A stretch of DNA of 32,000 nt from Caldimicrobium thiodismutans (GTDB lineage: Bacteria > Desulfobacterota > Thermodesulfobacteria > Thermodesulfobacteriales > Thermodesulfobacteriaceae), in assembly GCF_001548275.1 (NCBI RefSeq), contig NZ_AP014945.1:1560001-1592000 (forward strand). Direction: 5' to 3'. Position 1 is the stretch's first letter. Every line of letters starts with the position of its first letter. The notes beneath the pieces were generated by a model, which was not told where the DNA came from, searched no databases, and saw nothing but the letters and a program-made list of their open reading frames with translations. The translations under genes were made by a program, and so were the position numbers. Positions 1 through 8,818 of the stretch are shown in pieces.

Positions 1-974
1 CCCAGAGGAAGACTCATAAGTATAGCAGGCATGGTCATAAAGCCAAGGCGAAAGGTGCCTTCTTTGGCAAGTTCAGGTATAGCTAAGGCGCCAAACATTG
101 CAAAGGCAGCTGGTATAGCAATACTTGCACCAATTATAACCTCTACAAATTCATTTATTCCTGCTGTCCACAGACCAGCTTTAATAACATCCTCCTTAGG
201 TTTCACATAGCTGGCATAGGTTGCAATAGCTCCCATACCAAGGGAGAGGGTGAAAAAGATCTGCCCCGAGGCCTCAATCCAGGTCATAGGATCCTTTAAT
301 CCTGAAAGATTGAGATTATAAATAAACTTAAGACCCTCAATCCCTATCCAGTTATTGGTAGAAAGGGAGATAACCCCGAGCAGAAGGCCCATAAAGATAA
401 GAGCAGGCATACCAATTTTGGCTGTTATCTCTATGCCTTTAACAACTCCTCTTTGGAGGATAATCCAGTTTAAGACAAGGGTAATCCAGAGAAAGACACC
501 TGCAGTAAAGGAGGGAGCTGTATAGGTTTTAAAAAAGGTTACAAAGGGTTCCATAGCTTGATGAGGATCAGAGGTTATAACTGGCTCAGGCATAGCCCCA
601 AAAAGGGATAAGAAGGCAAAGCCAAGGGTCCAGGATTCAATCCAGATGTAATACATGACAATCAAAATTGGGATAGCCACTCCAAGGGAACCAATAGCCC
701 TTGCCCAGGATGCATGTCCAAAAAAAAGACCCAGGATGCCTGTCATGGACCCATGGCCTCTTTTACCAGCATATCTTCCAATAACCCATTCAATTAGCAT
801 TACAGGAAGCCCGAGAAGGAGTAAGGAAATAAAGTAGGGGAGCATAAAAGCTCCTCCTCCATAAAGAGCCGCTTTGGATGGAAAACGAAGAAGATTACCT
901 AACCCAACCGCATTCCCTGCAGCTGCTAAAATAAGCCCAGCTTTGGTTGCCCAGGTCTCTCTTTTTCTATCCAT
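1..974 (-). CDS. Sodium-dependent transporter, neurotransmitter:sodium symporter (NSS/SNF) family. About the first 324 codons are present; the C-terminus lies beyond the left edge.
   Basis: Absent from the ORF track because it has no stop in the window. The reverse complement from ATG (974..972) reads MDRKRETWATKAGLILAAAGNAVGLGNLLRFPSKAALYGGGAFMLPYFISLLLLGLPVMLIEWVIGRYAGKRGHGS. This contains the NSS TM1 signature (AVGLGNxxRFP). The same frame is still open and hydrophobic at base 1 (..GTFRLGFMTMPAILMSLPLG). Confidence 0.85.
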   Translation of the reverse strand, partial: MDRKRETWATKAGLILAAAGNAVGLGNLLRFPSKAALYGGGAFMLPYFISLLLLGLPVMLIEWVIGRYAGKRGHGSMTGILGLFFGHASWARAIGSLGVAIPILIVMYYIWIESWTLGFAFLSLFGAMPEPVITSDPHQAMEPFVTFFKTYTAPSFTAGVFLWITLVLNWIILQRGVVKGIEITAKIGMPALIFMGLLLGVISLSTNNWIGIEGLKFIYNLNLSGLKDPMTWIEASGQIFFTLSLGMGAIATYASYVKPKEDVIKAGLWTAGINEFVEVIIGASIAIPAAFAMFGALAIPELAKEGTFRLGFMTMPAILMSLPL

Positions 975-976
975 AT

Positions 977-1936
977 TTATTTTTTGGATTTTTCTTTAAT
1001 GCGTTTTATTATAATGTGAGCGGTATTAAATGCAAGCTGAATACTCCCCTTAGGAACACCGATATCTCCAGCAAGAAATACCCCGGGAAGATTGGTTTCA
1101 AAATGTTCATCAACTTTGGGACGGTCCTCAAGATCAAAATCAATCCCAATATATTTTAGAAAACCCTTAGGGGTGCTTCCACCTAAGCAGTAATAGACAT
1201 AATCATAAATATCAGATTTTCCATCTTTAAAATGAACCCTCACCAATCCATCCTCAGCAGTTACTTTTTCTATGTCCGTTCCTAAAAGAAGTTTAACTTT
1301 GCCTTCTGCTACTTTTTCCTCAAGAATCTTTAAATTAACAGGGTTTATGCGGAAAAACTGAGGTCTTCTGTAGGAAAGATAGACCTCGCATTTGGGACAG
1401 AGAAAGGAAGCAACCTCAGCAGCCGTATCCCCTCCTCCTACGACTAAAACTTTGCCACCAGCTGGACAGATATTGGGAGGTTCAAAGAAAACCCTATCTT
1501 TTACTTCCTTAGGAATAGGATAATCTGGTTTCTTGGGCTGGCCAAAAATCCCTATGGCGATTATTACAAATTCAGCCAAAAACTGGGGTTCTCCTTTGAT
1601 AGTTACTTCATATCCTTCAGGGGTTTTTTTGATGTAATTGACCTCGCTGTTTAAACGAATATCAAGCTTATATTTTTCAAGCCAGCTCTTAATTCTTTCT
1701 AAAAAGGCCTCTTTGCTTTCGGTTTCAAAACGGCAAATACCAAGGGGTTCAACTTCAACCCCACGATAGACCGCATCAACTCTTTTGTTGGGCCTGTATA
1801 GCCTCTCAATGGTGTCACAAACATGAGGGGCCTTCTCAAGGATTACAACTGGCTCAAGGCCAGCCTCCTTAGCCTCAATTCCACAGGCAATTCCCGCAGG
1901 CCCTGCTCCAATAATAGCAATCTTTACCCTTTCCAT
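977..1936 (-). CDS. NAD(P)/FAD-dependent pyridine-nucleotide-disulfide-type oxidoreductase (thioredoxin-reductase/YpdA-like fold)
   Basis: 319 aa. It has an N-terminal dinucleotide fold (IAIIGAGPAGIACGIEA), a second Rossmann motif (VLVVGGGDTAAEVA) and a C-terminal GVFLAGD FAD motif. AGGAGGAG lies 6 nt upstream of the ATG at 1936. The stop is 2 nt from the NSS transporter start. Confidence 0.8.
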   Translation of the reverse strand: MERVKIAIIGAGPAGIACGIEAKEAGLEPVVILEKAPHVCDTIERLYRPNKRVDAVYRGVEVEPLGICRFETESKEAFLERIKSWLEKYKLDIRLNSEVNYIKKTPEGYEVTIKGEPQFLAEFVIIAIGIFGQPKKPDYPIPKEVKDRVFFEPPNICPAGGKVLVVGGGDTAAEVASFLCPKCEVYLSYRRPQFFRINPVNLKILEEKVAEGKVKLLLGTDIEKVTAEDGLVRVHFKDGKSDIYDYVYYCLGGSTPKGFLKYIGIDFDLEDRPKVDEHFETNLPGVFLAGDIGVPKGSIQLAFNTAHIIIKRIKEKSKK

Positions 1937-1948
1937 AGGCTTCTCCTC

Positions 1949-2956
1949 CTATCTCTTTTTCTGTTCCCAAGCCCAGGTATGTTTTATGATTAGCTCAAGG
2001 TCATCATATTCAGGCTGGAAATTTAGAATTTTACAGATTCTGGTATTATCAGCAATAAGCACTGGAGGATCTCCAGGCCTTCTCTTTGTCTCTCGCACTT
2101 CAAAGTTTATAGCTGTGACCTTTTGAGCGGTATTTATTACCTCCCTTACTGAATACCCTTTCCCATATCCACAGTTTAAAACTAAGGATTCACCCTTTGA
2201 TAGGAGATAGTCCAGTGCTAAAAGATGAGCTTTGGCAAGGTCCATAACATGGATATAATCCCTTATACAAGTCCCATCGGGAGTGGGATAATCAGTTCCA
2301 TAGATTTCAAGGTAGGGAAGCTCTCCTTTAGCTGTTTTTAAGGCCCTTAAAATGAGATGGGTAGGTTGATTGTAAGAAGGCCCAAGTTCTCCTTCAGGGT
2401 CAGCTCCAGCCACATTAAAATACCTGAGAGAGATATAATTAATTTCCTTTGCCATAGCCATATCCTTGAGGATCTTTTCAACCATAGCCTTGCTCTCTCC
2501 ATAGGGGCTTATGGGATTCAAATCAGCCTCCTCTTTTACAGGGACCTCCTTGGGTATTCCATAAACAGCTGCTGAGGATGAAAAAATAAAGTTTTTTACT
2601 TGAGCCCTTTGCATAGCTGAAAGCAGTCTAAGGGTATTCCCCACATTATTATAGTAATATTTGAAGGGCTTCTCTATACTTTCGGGAACTACAATATAGG
2701 CTGCAAAGTGCATAACTGCCTGAGGTTTATAAGAACTAAAGATTTGAAAAATCCTTTCCTCTTTTCCCAGATCTACCTTTTCAAATTTACCAAAGCGTAA
2801 GTTTTCGCCTGAAGTGGTGCTAAGGTTATCAAGAATTAAGACCTCAAGACCACTTTTTACAAGCATCTTTACCACATGAGAGCCAATGTATCCTGCTCCT
2901 CCTGTCACAACTACTCTAAGTGGAACTTTATTCCCCAATTTGTCCTCCCTTTGCAT
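1949..2956 (-). CDS. galE: UDP-glucose 4-epimerase
   Basis: 335 aa with VTGGAGYIGSH, the SPYGESK catalytic YxxxK and an extended SDR fold throughout. The start is ambiguous: ATG 2956 has no SD, whereas the TTG at 2938..2936 (codon 7) is preceded by AGGGAGGA with 4-5 nt spacing and gives the usual short N-terminus. Confidence 0.9.
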   Translation of the reverse strand: MQREDKLGNKVPLRVVVTGGAGYIGSHVVKMLVKSGLEVLILDNLSTTSGENLRFGKFEKVDLGKEERIFQIFSSYKPQAVMHFAAYIVVPESIEKPFKYYYNNVGNTLRLLSAMQRAQVKNFIFSSSAAVYGIPKEVPVKEEADLNPISPYGESKAMVEKILKDMAMAKEINYISLRYFNVAGADPEGELGPSYNQPTHLILRALKTAKGELPYLEIYGTDYPTPDGTCIRDYIHVMDLAKAHLLALDYLLSKGESLVLNCGYGKGYSVREVINTAQKVTAINFEVRETKRRPGDPPVLIADNTRICKILNFQPEYDDLELIIKHTWAWEQKKR

Positions 2957-3060
2957 CAGGTATTTTTCTTCAATTATTAATTTTTTAATATTTATATTTG
3001 ACTTTACAGGTTTTTTAGCATATTTCCTTTTTTTTGCAATATGTTAGAATAGAAAATTAC

Positions 3061-4731
3061 ATGAAGGAGTCAAAACTCTGGGTTCAGAAGCTTCCTCCTA
3101 AGGAAATACTTTATAATTTTTTAAGAGAAGGTGCTTTTACTCCGCTAATTTCACAGATTCTTATTAATAAAGGTTTTCAAGAGGTAAGCTCAGCTTATAC
3201 CTTTCTTTTCCCTCAGATAACTGACTTTGCTAACCCCTTTGATGTTCCTGAGATGAGCCTTGCGGTTCAAAGGATTGCTCAGGCTCTGAAAAATAAAGAG
3301 ATAATCGGGATCTATGGGGATTCAGATGCAGATGGCATTATTGGGAGTTATGTTTTATTTGATTTTATTAGAGAGGTTTCAGGAAAGGAGCCAGTAGTTA
3401 TTATTCCCGACAAGAATTTAGAAGGTTATGGCTTTCATGGTAAGTATCTGTCTTTTTTCAAGGAAAAGGGGGTAAGTCTTGTTATAACAGTAGATGTGGG
3501 GATATCTGCAACTGAGACAGTGAATGCCGCCAAGGCTTTTGGTCTGGATGTAATTATTACTGATCATCATGAGGTACTTAGAAAACCGGATTGTATTGTA
3601 GTTTCTGGAAAATTTACCCCTTCTCATTCTCCTTTTTACCACCTCTGTGGGGCTGGGGTTGTTTTTACCCTTTTGAGAGCCTTAAGAAGTTACCTATATG
3701 AAGAGGGCTTCTTTTCTCAGTGTCCCCCTCCTCAGCTCAGAAAATATCTTGAACTTGTCACCTTAGCAACCCTTGCGGATATGGTGCCCCTTTGGGGGGA
3801 GAATCGGCTTATTACCTATTTTGGTTTTCGTGATCTCAGGGAACCAACTCATCCTTCTTTGAAAGCCCTTTTTGATCATTTGAATTTTCGCTTTCCTATC
3901 TCTGAAGAGGATCTGCACTTTAGGGTTATTCCAAGGATAAATGCCTGTGGAAGAATGGGAAGGCCTGAACTTTTCTTTGAGTTTCTCAAGGCGGGAAGAA
4001 CAGGAAATCTTGATCTTTACTTACAGGGTTTACAGGAGCTTCACGAGGAGAGGCAAACCCTTGAGCTCTCTCTCTGGGAGACCTTAGAAAAGAATCTTTC
4101 AGAGGAAAAGGACAGCCCAATTTATATTGGCATATTTGAAAATATTCCTAAGGGAATCCTTGGCCTTTTGGCTAACCGAGTTAAAAATAAAATCGGGAAG
4201 CCTGCTCTAATTATCAGTTTTGACAATGGAGTGGGCTTTGGTTCAGGAAGGGCTCCTGAGGAGGTTAATCTCCTTGAGGCCCTTTTGCCCTGTAAGGATC
4301 TTTTTTTAGAGCTTGGGGGACATAAAAGGGCCTTTGGTTTTCAAATCACCAGAGAAAATTTACCCAGACTTAAGGGTTATCTGAAAGAGCTGAATTTATC
4401 CTTTGAATCATTGGATTACCAATATGTGGATGGAGAAACAAGGATATCAGAGCTACTTTTTGAAGACAATCTTCTTGCCTTTCAGGCTCTACCTCCCTAT
4501 GGTATGTCCCACGAGCCCCCTCTGCTTCTTGTCAAGGACTTTGAAGTGAAAGAGGTAATCATCCTGAAAGAGAAACACACCAAATATCTTTTGAGAGATG
4601 GTCTAAAGGAGCTCTATGCCCTTTATTTTAATCAGATAGCAGATGAAAAAGTAAAATTGATAGTTGGCACACCTTTTATTAATAACTTTTCCCAGAGGCT
4701 TGAGATAAGGGTGGAAGATGCTAAGTCTTAA
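3061..4731 (+). CDS. recJ: Single-stranded-DNA-specific exonuclease RecJ (DHH/DHHA1)
   Basis: DHH-family motifs are present: GDSDADGIIG, DVGIS and ITDHH. The N-terminus matches the RecJ pattern (..LISQILINKGF..). The track ORF starts at TTG 3034; I prefer ATG 3061 (MKESKLW..). Neither start has a clear SD. Confidence 0.88.
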   Translation: MKESKLWVQKLPPKEILYNFLREGAFTPLISQILINKGFQEVSSAYTFLFPQITDFANPFDVPEMSLAVQRIAQALKNKEIIGIYGDSDADGIIGSYVLFDFIREVSGKEPVVIIPDKNLEGYGFHGKYLSFFKEKGVSLVITVDVGISATETVNAAKAFGLDVIITDHHEVLRKPDCIVVSGKFTPSHSPFYHLCGAGVVFTLLRALRSYLYEEGFFSQCPPPQLRKYLELVTLATLADMVPLWGENRLITYFGFRDLREPTHPSLKALFDHLNFRFPISEEDLHFRVIPRINACGRMGRPELFFEFLKAGRTGNLDLYLQGLQELHEERQTLELSLWETLEKNLSEEKDSPIYIGIFENIPKGILGLLANRVKNKIGKPALIISFDNGVGFGSGRAPEEVNLLEALLPCKDLFLELGGHKRAFGFQITRENLPRLKGYLKELNLSFESLDYQYVDGETRISELLFEDNLLAFQALPPYGMSHEPPLLLVKDFEVKEVIILKEKHTKYLLRDGLKELYALYFNQIADEKVKLIVGTPFINNFSQRLEIRVEDAKS

Positions 4732-5791
4732 TCTGCGAGAGGAAAAGGAAAAAGAAGAACTTGTCTTTTTATGCCCTAAAGCCACAAAGAGCAAGTTTTC
4801 TCGCGGAAGGAGAATTTTTGAACCTGAATGTGAAGTTCGCACTGCCTTTGAAAGGGATAGAGATCGCATTATTCATTCCAAGGCTTTCAGACGTTTAAAA
4901 CATAAGACCCAGGTTTTCTTAGCTCCTAAGGGGGATCATTATAGAACCAGACTTACTCATACCCTTGAGGTGGCACAGATTGCAAGAACTATTGCATGTG
5001 CTTTGAGATTAAATGTTCCTTTGACAGAGGCGATTGCCCTGGGACATGACCTTGGACATACCCCTTTTGGGCATGCAGGAGAGGAGGTCTTAAATGAGAT
5101 CTTAGAAGGAGGCTTCAGGCATTATGAACAGTCCTTAAGGGTGGTTGATTATCTTGAAAAGGATGGATTGGGGCTTAATCTCACCTATGAGGTTAGAATG
5201 GGGATTCTTAAACACTCTAAAGGCAAAGGACCTATTTCAATCAGTTCCCATGAAGAGGTCTCCCTTGAGACTCAGGTGGTTAGATTTTCTGATGTCATTG
5301 CCTATGTGAATCACGATGTAGATGATGCCATTAGGGCAGGCATAATTAAAACCGAGGATCTACCAGAGATAGTGTTGAAAGAGCTTGGGAAAACCCATGC
5401 CCAAAGGATTGATACCCTGATCAAAAGTATCCTTTGGACAACAAGGTCTGCAGAATATAAAAAAATTTGCATGGAACCCAAGAAGTTATCTGCTCTTGAG
5501 ACTCTAAGGAATTTTCTCTTTGAAAAAGTCTATTTTTCCCCTTTTGTCAGAAGAGAGTTTGATAAGGCTAAAAGGATCCTATATTCTCTCTTTGAGTTTT
5601 ACTTTAAAAATTTTGAAAGGATTGAGTATTTGGTCAAGGCCAAGGAGCTCTTTCCCGAGGAAGATGAAACCCGTTTGATTGCTGATTATCTCTCCGGGAT
5701 GACGGATCGCTTCGCCCTTTATGAATATTTTGAGCATTTTATTCCCAAACCCTGGGGGTTTGGCCATGTAGAGGAGGTGATAGCTTTATGA
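4718..5791 (+). CDS. dgt: dGTP triphosphohydrolase-like HD-domain protein (Dgt family)
   Basis: 357 aa with FERDRDRIIHSKAFRRLKHKTQVF, the HD motif LGHDLGHTPFGHAGE and the C-terminal DYLSGMTDRFA. It overlaps the recJ stop by 14 nt. Confidence 0.88.
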   Translation: MLSLNLREEKEKEELVFLCPKATKSKFSRGRRIFEPECEVRTAFERDRDRIIHSKAFRRLKHKTQVFLAPKGDHYRTRLTHTLEVAQIARTIACALRLNVPLTEAIALGHDLGHTPFGHAGEEVLNEILEGGFRHYEQSLRVVDYLEKDGLGLNLTYEVRMGILKHSKGKGPISISSHEEVSLETQVVRFSDVIAYVNHDVDDAIRAGIIKTEDLPEIVLKELGKTHAQRIDTLIKSILWTTRSAEYKKICMEPKKLSALETLRNFLFEKVYFSPFVRREFDKAKRILYSLFEFYFKNFERIEYLVKAKELFPEEDETRLIADYLSGMTDRFALYEYFEHFIPKPWGFGHVEEVIAL

Positions 5792-6591
5792 AAGGGTTCA
5801 AAAAGATAGGCTGGTTCACTACTGCACGAGATGAAGCAGCTCTCGAGCTTTTGAAAATTGTTTATGATCAGATTAAAAGGGGCTTTCTAAATCTTAAAAT
5901 ACCCTATGTTTTTGTGAGTAGAGAACTTGATGAATCAGAAATTACTAAAAGCTTTATAGAATTTGTCAAAGGGGAGATGGATTTACCTGTGCTTACTTTT
6001 TCAGCCCTTAGATTTAATCCTGAGCTAAGGAAGAGAGACATTGAGACCTGGAGAAGACAATATCACGAGGAGGTTTTAAAAAGACTTCCTGAAGAAGTAG
6101 ATTTTGGAATGCTTGCTGGATATATGTGGGTTGTGTCAAAAGAGTTTTGTGAGGCTCTCCCTCTTTTGAATCTTCATCCCGCTCTTCCGGGAGGCCCTAA
6201 GGGAACCTGGCAGGAGGTCATCTGGCAACTTATTAGTGCCAGAGCCTGTGAAACCGGGGTTATGATTCATCGAGCAACCGCAGAACTTGATGAGGGCCCT
6301 CCGCTTACTTTCGTAAGATTTTCTGTAAGAACTGCTGAATTTACGCTCCTCTGGGAAGAGGCGGAAAATCTCCTACTGAAGTTTCATCTCAAAGGATTGA
6401 AAGAGCGAGAGGGAGAAAAAAATAGGTTATTTATTAAAATAAGAGAAGAAGGGGTTAAAAGGGAGCTTCCCCTTATTGTCTATACATTAAAGTATATTGC
6501 AGAGGATAAAATTGATTTTAACCGGGGAGATTTACCTATGGATTTAACTTCTCATGTTGACACCTATTTGAGAGAGGGTAAATTTGTTTAG
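5788..6591 (+). CDS. Formyltransferase-fold protein (PurN-like catalytic core with a roughly 80-aa C-terminal extension)
   Basis: 267 aa. NLHPALPGGPKG aligns with PurN N-I-H-P-S-L-L-P (Asn/His retained). IHRATAELDEGPPL aligns with PurN HFVTDELDGGPVI (Asp retained). The ATGA overlap with dgt and the GAGGAGGTGAT SD suggest translational coupling. Confidence 0.7.
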   Translation: MKGFKKIGWFTTARDEAALELLKIVYDQIKRGFLNLKIPYVFVSRELDESEITKSFIEFVKGEMDLPVLTFSALRFNPELRKRDIETWRRQYHEEVLKRLPEEVDFGMLAGYMWVVSKEFCEALPLLNLHPALPGGPKGTWQEVIWQLISARACETGVMIHRATAELDEGPPLTFVRFSVRTAEFTLLWEEAENLLLKFHLKGLKEREGEKNRLFIKIREEGVKRELPLIVYTLKYIAEDKIDFNRGDLPMDLTSHVDTYLREGKFV

Positions 6592-6614
6592 TTAAAAGAC
6601 ATTTAAAGGAGGGG

Positions 6615-7538
6615 ATGATGAAAAAATTTTATTTTTTGATAAGCGCCCTTTTTGCCCTTTCAGGGTGTGTAGCCATGCAGGATGATGAGGTTTCAACTTT
6701 AAAGATAAAAGTTTTAAATCTTGAGACCAGGTCCCAGACCCAAGAAAAGAGGATGGCAGAAATTGAAGAGCGGATGGATAAACTTGAAAAGAGGCTTTCT
6801 CAGGAATTTTCTCAAAGGTTTTTAGAGGCGCAGAGTAAGGTTCTTTCCGATTTAGAGGATACCAAAAGAGATCTCACAGCACTGCAGACAAAGGTTGAAG
6901 AATTCCAGTTTCAAAAAGAGGCTGAGAGCAAAACCCAGAGAAAAAATTTAGAGGACCTTTTAACCCGTCTTGAGGCCCTGGAGCTAAAAATGAAGGAATT
7001 TGAAAAGAAACAGACCAGTTTTTCCAATGTAACTCAGCCTCAGGCTCTATTAAATCAGACAAATCAGCCCCAAAATGCAACCCTATCGCATCCATCTCCT
7101 TCTGTTGAAAAGACACCTTCCAACCAGACCGGTGATAATAAAACTATATCCTCACAGCCTCCCCTTAAAGAGGAAGACCTTTATCAAAAGGCCTATTCCC
7201 TTTATGAAAAGGGAGACCTCAAAGGAGCAAGGAGTCTTTGGAATGAATATTTGCGAAGATTTCCCAAGGGCAAGTGGATAGGGCAAACCTATTTTTATAT
7301 AGGAGAGACCTATTTCAAAGAAAAGGAATATGAGGCAGCAATCCTTGAATATCAAAAGCTTATTGAGATGCCTGGAGCAAATCCTCTCAAGCCAAAAGCC
7401 ATGCTCAGGCAAGCTGAGTCCTTTGTAGCATTAAAAGATAAAAAGGCAGCTGAAATACTTTATAAGAAAATTATACAGCTCTATCCCGGCACAAAAGAGG
7501 CAAAAGAGGCGAAGGAAAAGCTTTCTAAATTAAAGTAA
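6615..7538 (+). CDS. cpoB: Cell-division coordinator CpoB/YbgF-type lipoprotein (coiled coil plus C-terminal TPR)
   Basis: 307 aa. It has a signal peptide with the lipobox LFALSGC and a long heptad-rich E/K/L segment. A low-complexity Q/N/S/P linker follows, then TPR-like repeats (YQKAYSLYEKGDL.., YFYIGETYFKEKEYEAAI..). AGGAGGGG SD. Confidence 0.75.
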   Translation: MMKKFYFLISALFALSGCVAMQDDEVSTLKIKVLNLETRSQTQEKRMAEIEERMDKLEKRLSQEFSQRFLEAQSKVLSDLEDTKRDLTALQTKVEEFQFQKEAESKTQRKNLEDLLTRLEALELKMKEFEKKQTSFSNVTQPQALLNQTNQPQNATLSHPSPSVEKTPSNQTGDNKTISSQPPLKEEDLYQKAYSLYEKGDLKGARSLWNEYLRRFPKGKWIGQTYFYIGETYFKEKEYEAAILEYQKLIEMPGANPLKPKAMLRQAESFVALKDKKAAEILYKKIIQLYPGTKEAKEAKEKLSKLK

Positions 7539-7542
7539 GGGC

Positions 7543-8037
7543 TTAAGCTATTTCAGGTTCAAGGGCAGGCTCTTCAACGGTAAGAAGGCCGGCTCTATAT
7601 GGGTTTATAGTAATAACGGGAATAGGGGAGTTTTTGACCACTCCCTCAGCTACGCTTCCAAAAAGAATTTTATCAAGCCCTTTTCTTCCGTGAGTTCCCA
7701 TAATAATTAAATCAGCTCCCTTTTCCTTAGCAAGGTTAATTAGGGTTTCAACTACATCTCCTTTCTCAATAACAGGCTCTACCTCTGGAAAATCAGAAAA
7801 GTTTTCCTTTAAAAAGTCCTCCATGGATTTCTTAGCTCCCTCATAAAGGGTATTTTCAAGCTCGGTAAGGGTCTTAATATCTACATAAATCCCTTCATAG
7901 GCAGTAAGGTCTTCAAGAATATAGGCAAGAATAATCTTGGCCTTAAGTTGTTTAGCAAAATCTTTAGCCCATTTAGCTACTACTGGGGCAACATCGGAAA
8001 AATCAACAGGAAGCAAAATTTTTTTGATTTCTACCAT
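7543..8037 (-). CDS. Universal stress protein (UspA family)
   Basis: MVEIKKILLPVDFSD.. N-terminus and the ATP-binding motif GTHGRKGLDKILFGSVAEGV. The start is set at ATG 8037 because AAGGAGGTG precedes it. The track ORF start at 8082 would lie within the promoter region. Confidence 0.88.
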   Translation of the reverse strand: MVEIKKILLPVDFSDVAPVVAKWAKDFAKQLKAKIILAYILEDLTAYEGIYVDIKTLTELENTLYEGAKKSMEDFLKENFSDFPEVEPVIEKGDVVETLINLAKEKGADLIIMGTHGRKGLDKILFGSVAEGVVKNSPIPVITINPYRAGLLTVEEPALEPEIA

Positions 8038-8065
8038 AAAACACCTCCTTCTAAGGATTTTAAAT

Positions 8066-8095
8066 ATATTATTTAAAAACACGAAAAAAAGTCAA
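8066..8095 (-). promoter_or_regulatory. Putative usp promoter (-35 TTGACT 8095..8090, 18-nt spacer, -10 TAATAT 8071..8066)
   Basis: The minus strand reads ATCTTGACTttttttcgtgtttttaaaTAATAT, followed by AAGGAGGTG and the ATG. The same ATCTTGACTTTTTTT string precedes acyP (10252..10238 on the minus strand). Confidence 0.4.
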
Positions 8096-8104
8096 GATTA
8101 AATT

Positions 8105-8818
8105 TTAAGCTCTGGCAAGGATTAGTAAATCAACCTTTTGGGCTCCAGCTTTTTTAAGCTCCTTACTTGCCTCTCTCAAAGTGGCACCTGTTGTCATCAC
8201 ATCATCCAAAAGAAGAACTCTTTTATTTTGAAACTCCTCTTTTGCTTTAAAGACTCCTTTTACATTTTCAATTCTCTCTTTCCCGGAAAGATCACTCTGT
8301 GGCCTGCTATGTTTTATTCTCTGAAGGATATTTAAAGGCTTTTTTATCCCTAAGTAACCCCAGAGGATTAGGAGACTCTGGTTATAGCCCCGTTCTTGAA
8401 GTCTCTTAAAGGAGAGAGGAACAGGTAAAACAAAATCATAAAGTTTAACAGGGAGATCTATTATTTTCTGCATAAGTCTTCCTAACTGATAGGCTATAAC
8501 AAAATTTTCTCCAAACTTAGCTTTATGAAGCAGAGTTTTTATAGGGTCTTGGTAAAGAAAGGCAATATAAACATTATCATAGGGTGGAGGATTTTTTAGA
8601 CATTTGGAGCAGTAATTCAATTTTTCTTTTGGATAATAATTAAGAAGTTCCTCAGAAAGGAGAGTTCCGCATCTCTGGCAATAGCTTTTAGCTAAGGGAA
8701 GCCTTAGGAGACAGCTCTCACAAAATAGACTTTCTTGAGGAGCAAGAGGGGATCTACACTCTAAGCACAGGGATGGAAAAAGGAAATTAAGCCCTTGAGA
8801 AAGGATTTTTTCCAGCAA
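8105..8818 (-). CDS. comF: ComF-family protein (double zinc ribbon plus phosphoribosyltransferase domain)
   Basis: 237 aa. The N-terminus has CLEC..CESC and CQRC..CSKC cysteine pairs. The C-terminus has the PRTase motif VLLLDDVMTTGATL. The start is a TTG with a weak SD and overlaps the upstream gene by 32 nt, so the start is uncertain. Confidence 0.8.
   Translation of the reverse strand: MLEKILSQGLNFLFPSLCLECRSPLAPQESLFCESCLLRLPLAKSYCQRCGTLLSEELLNYYPKEKLNYCSKCLKNPPPYDNVYIAFLYQDPIKTLLHKAKFGENFVIAYQLGRLMQKIIDLPVKLYDFVLPVPLSFKRLQERGYNQSLLILWGYLGIKKPLNILQRIKHSRPQSDLSGKERIENVKGVFKAKEEFQNKRVLLLDDVMTTGATLREASKELKKAGAQKVDLLILARA

Noticed and set aside
4718-5791. The dGTPase-like gene as a possible anti-phage dNTP-depletion defence gene
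   Set aside because: It is overlapped or coupled with recJ and a formyltransferase in a housekeeping context. It has the standard Dgt-like architecture, and there are no neighbouring defence or mobile genes.
8038-8082. 15-codon N-terminal extension of the usp ORF
   Set aside because: AAGGAGGTG precedes the internal ATG at 8037, and the extension covers the predicted -10 region. Usp proteins normally begin right at the ..KILLPVD.. strand.
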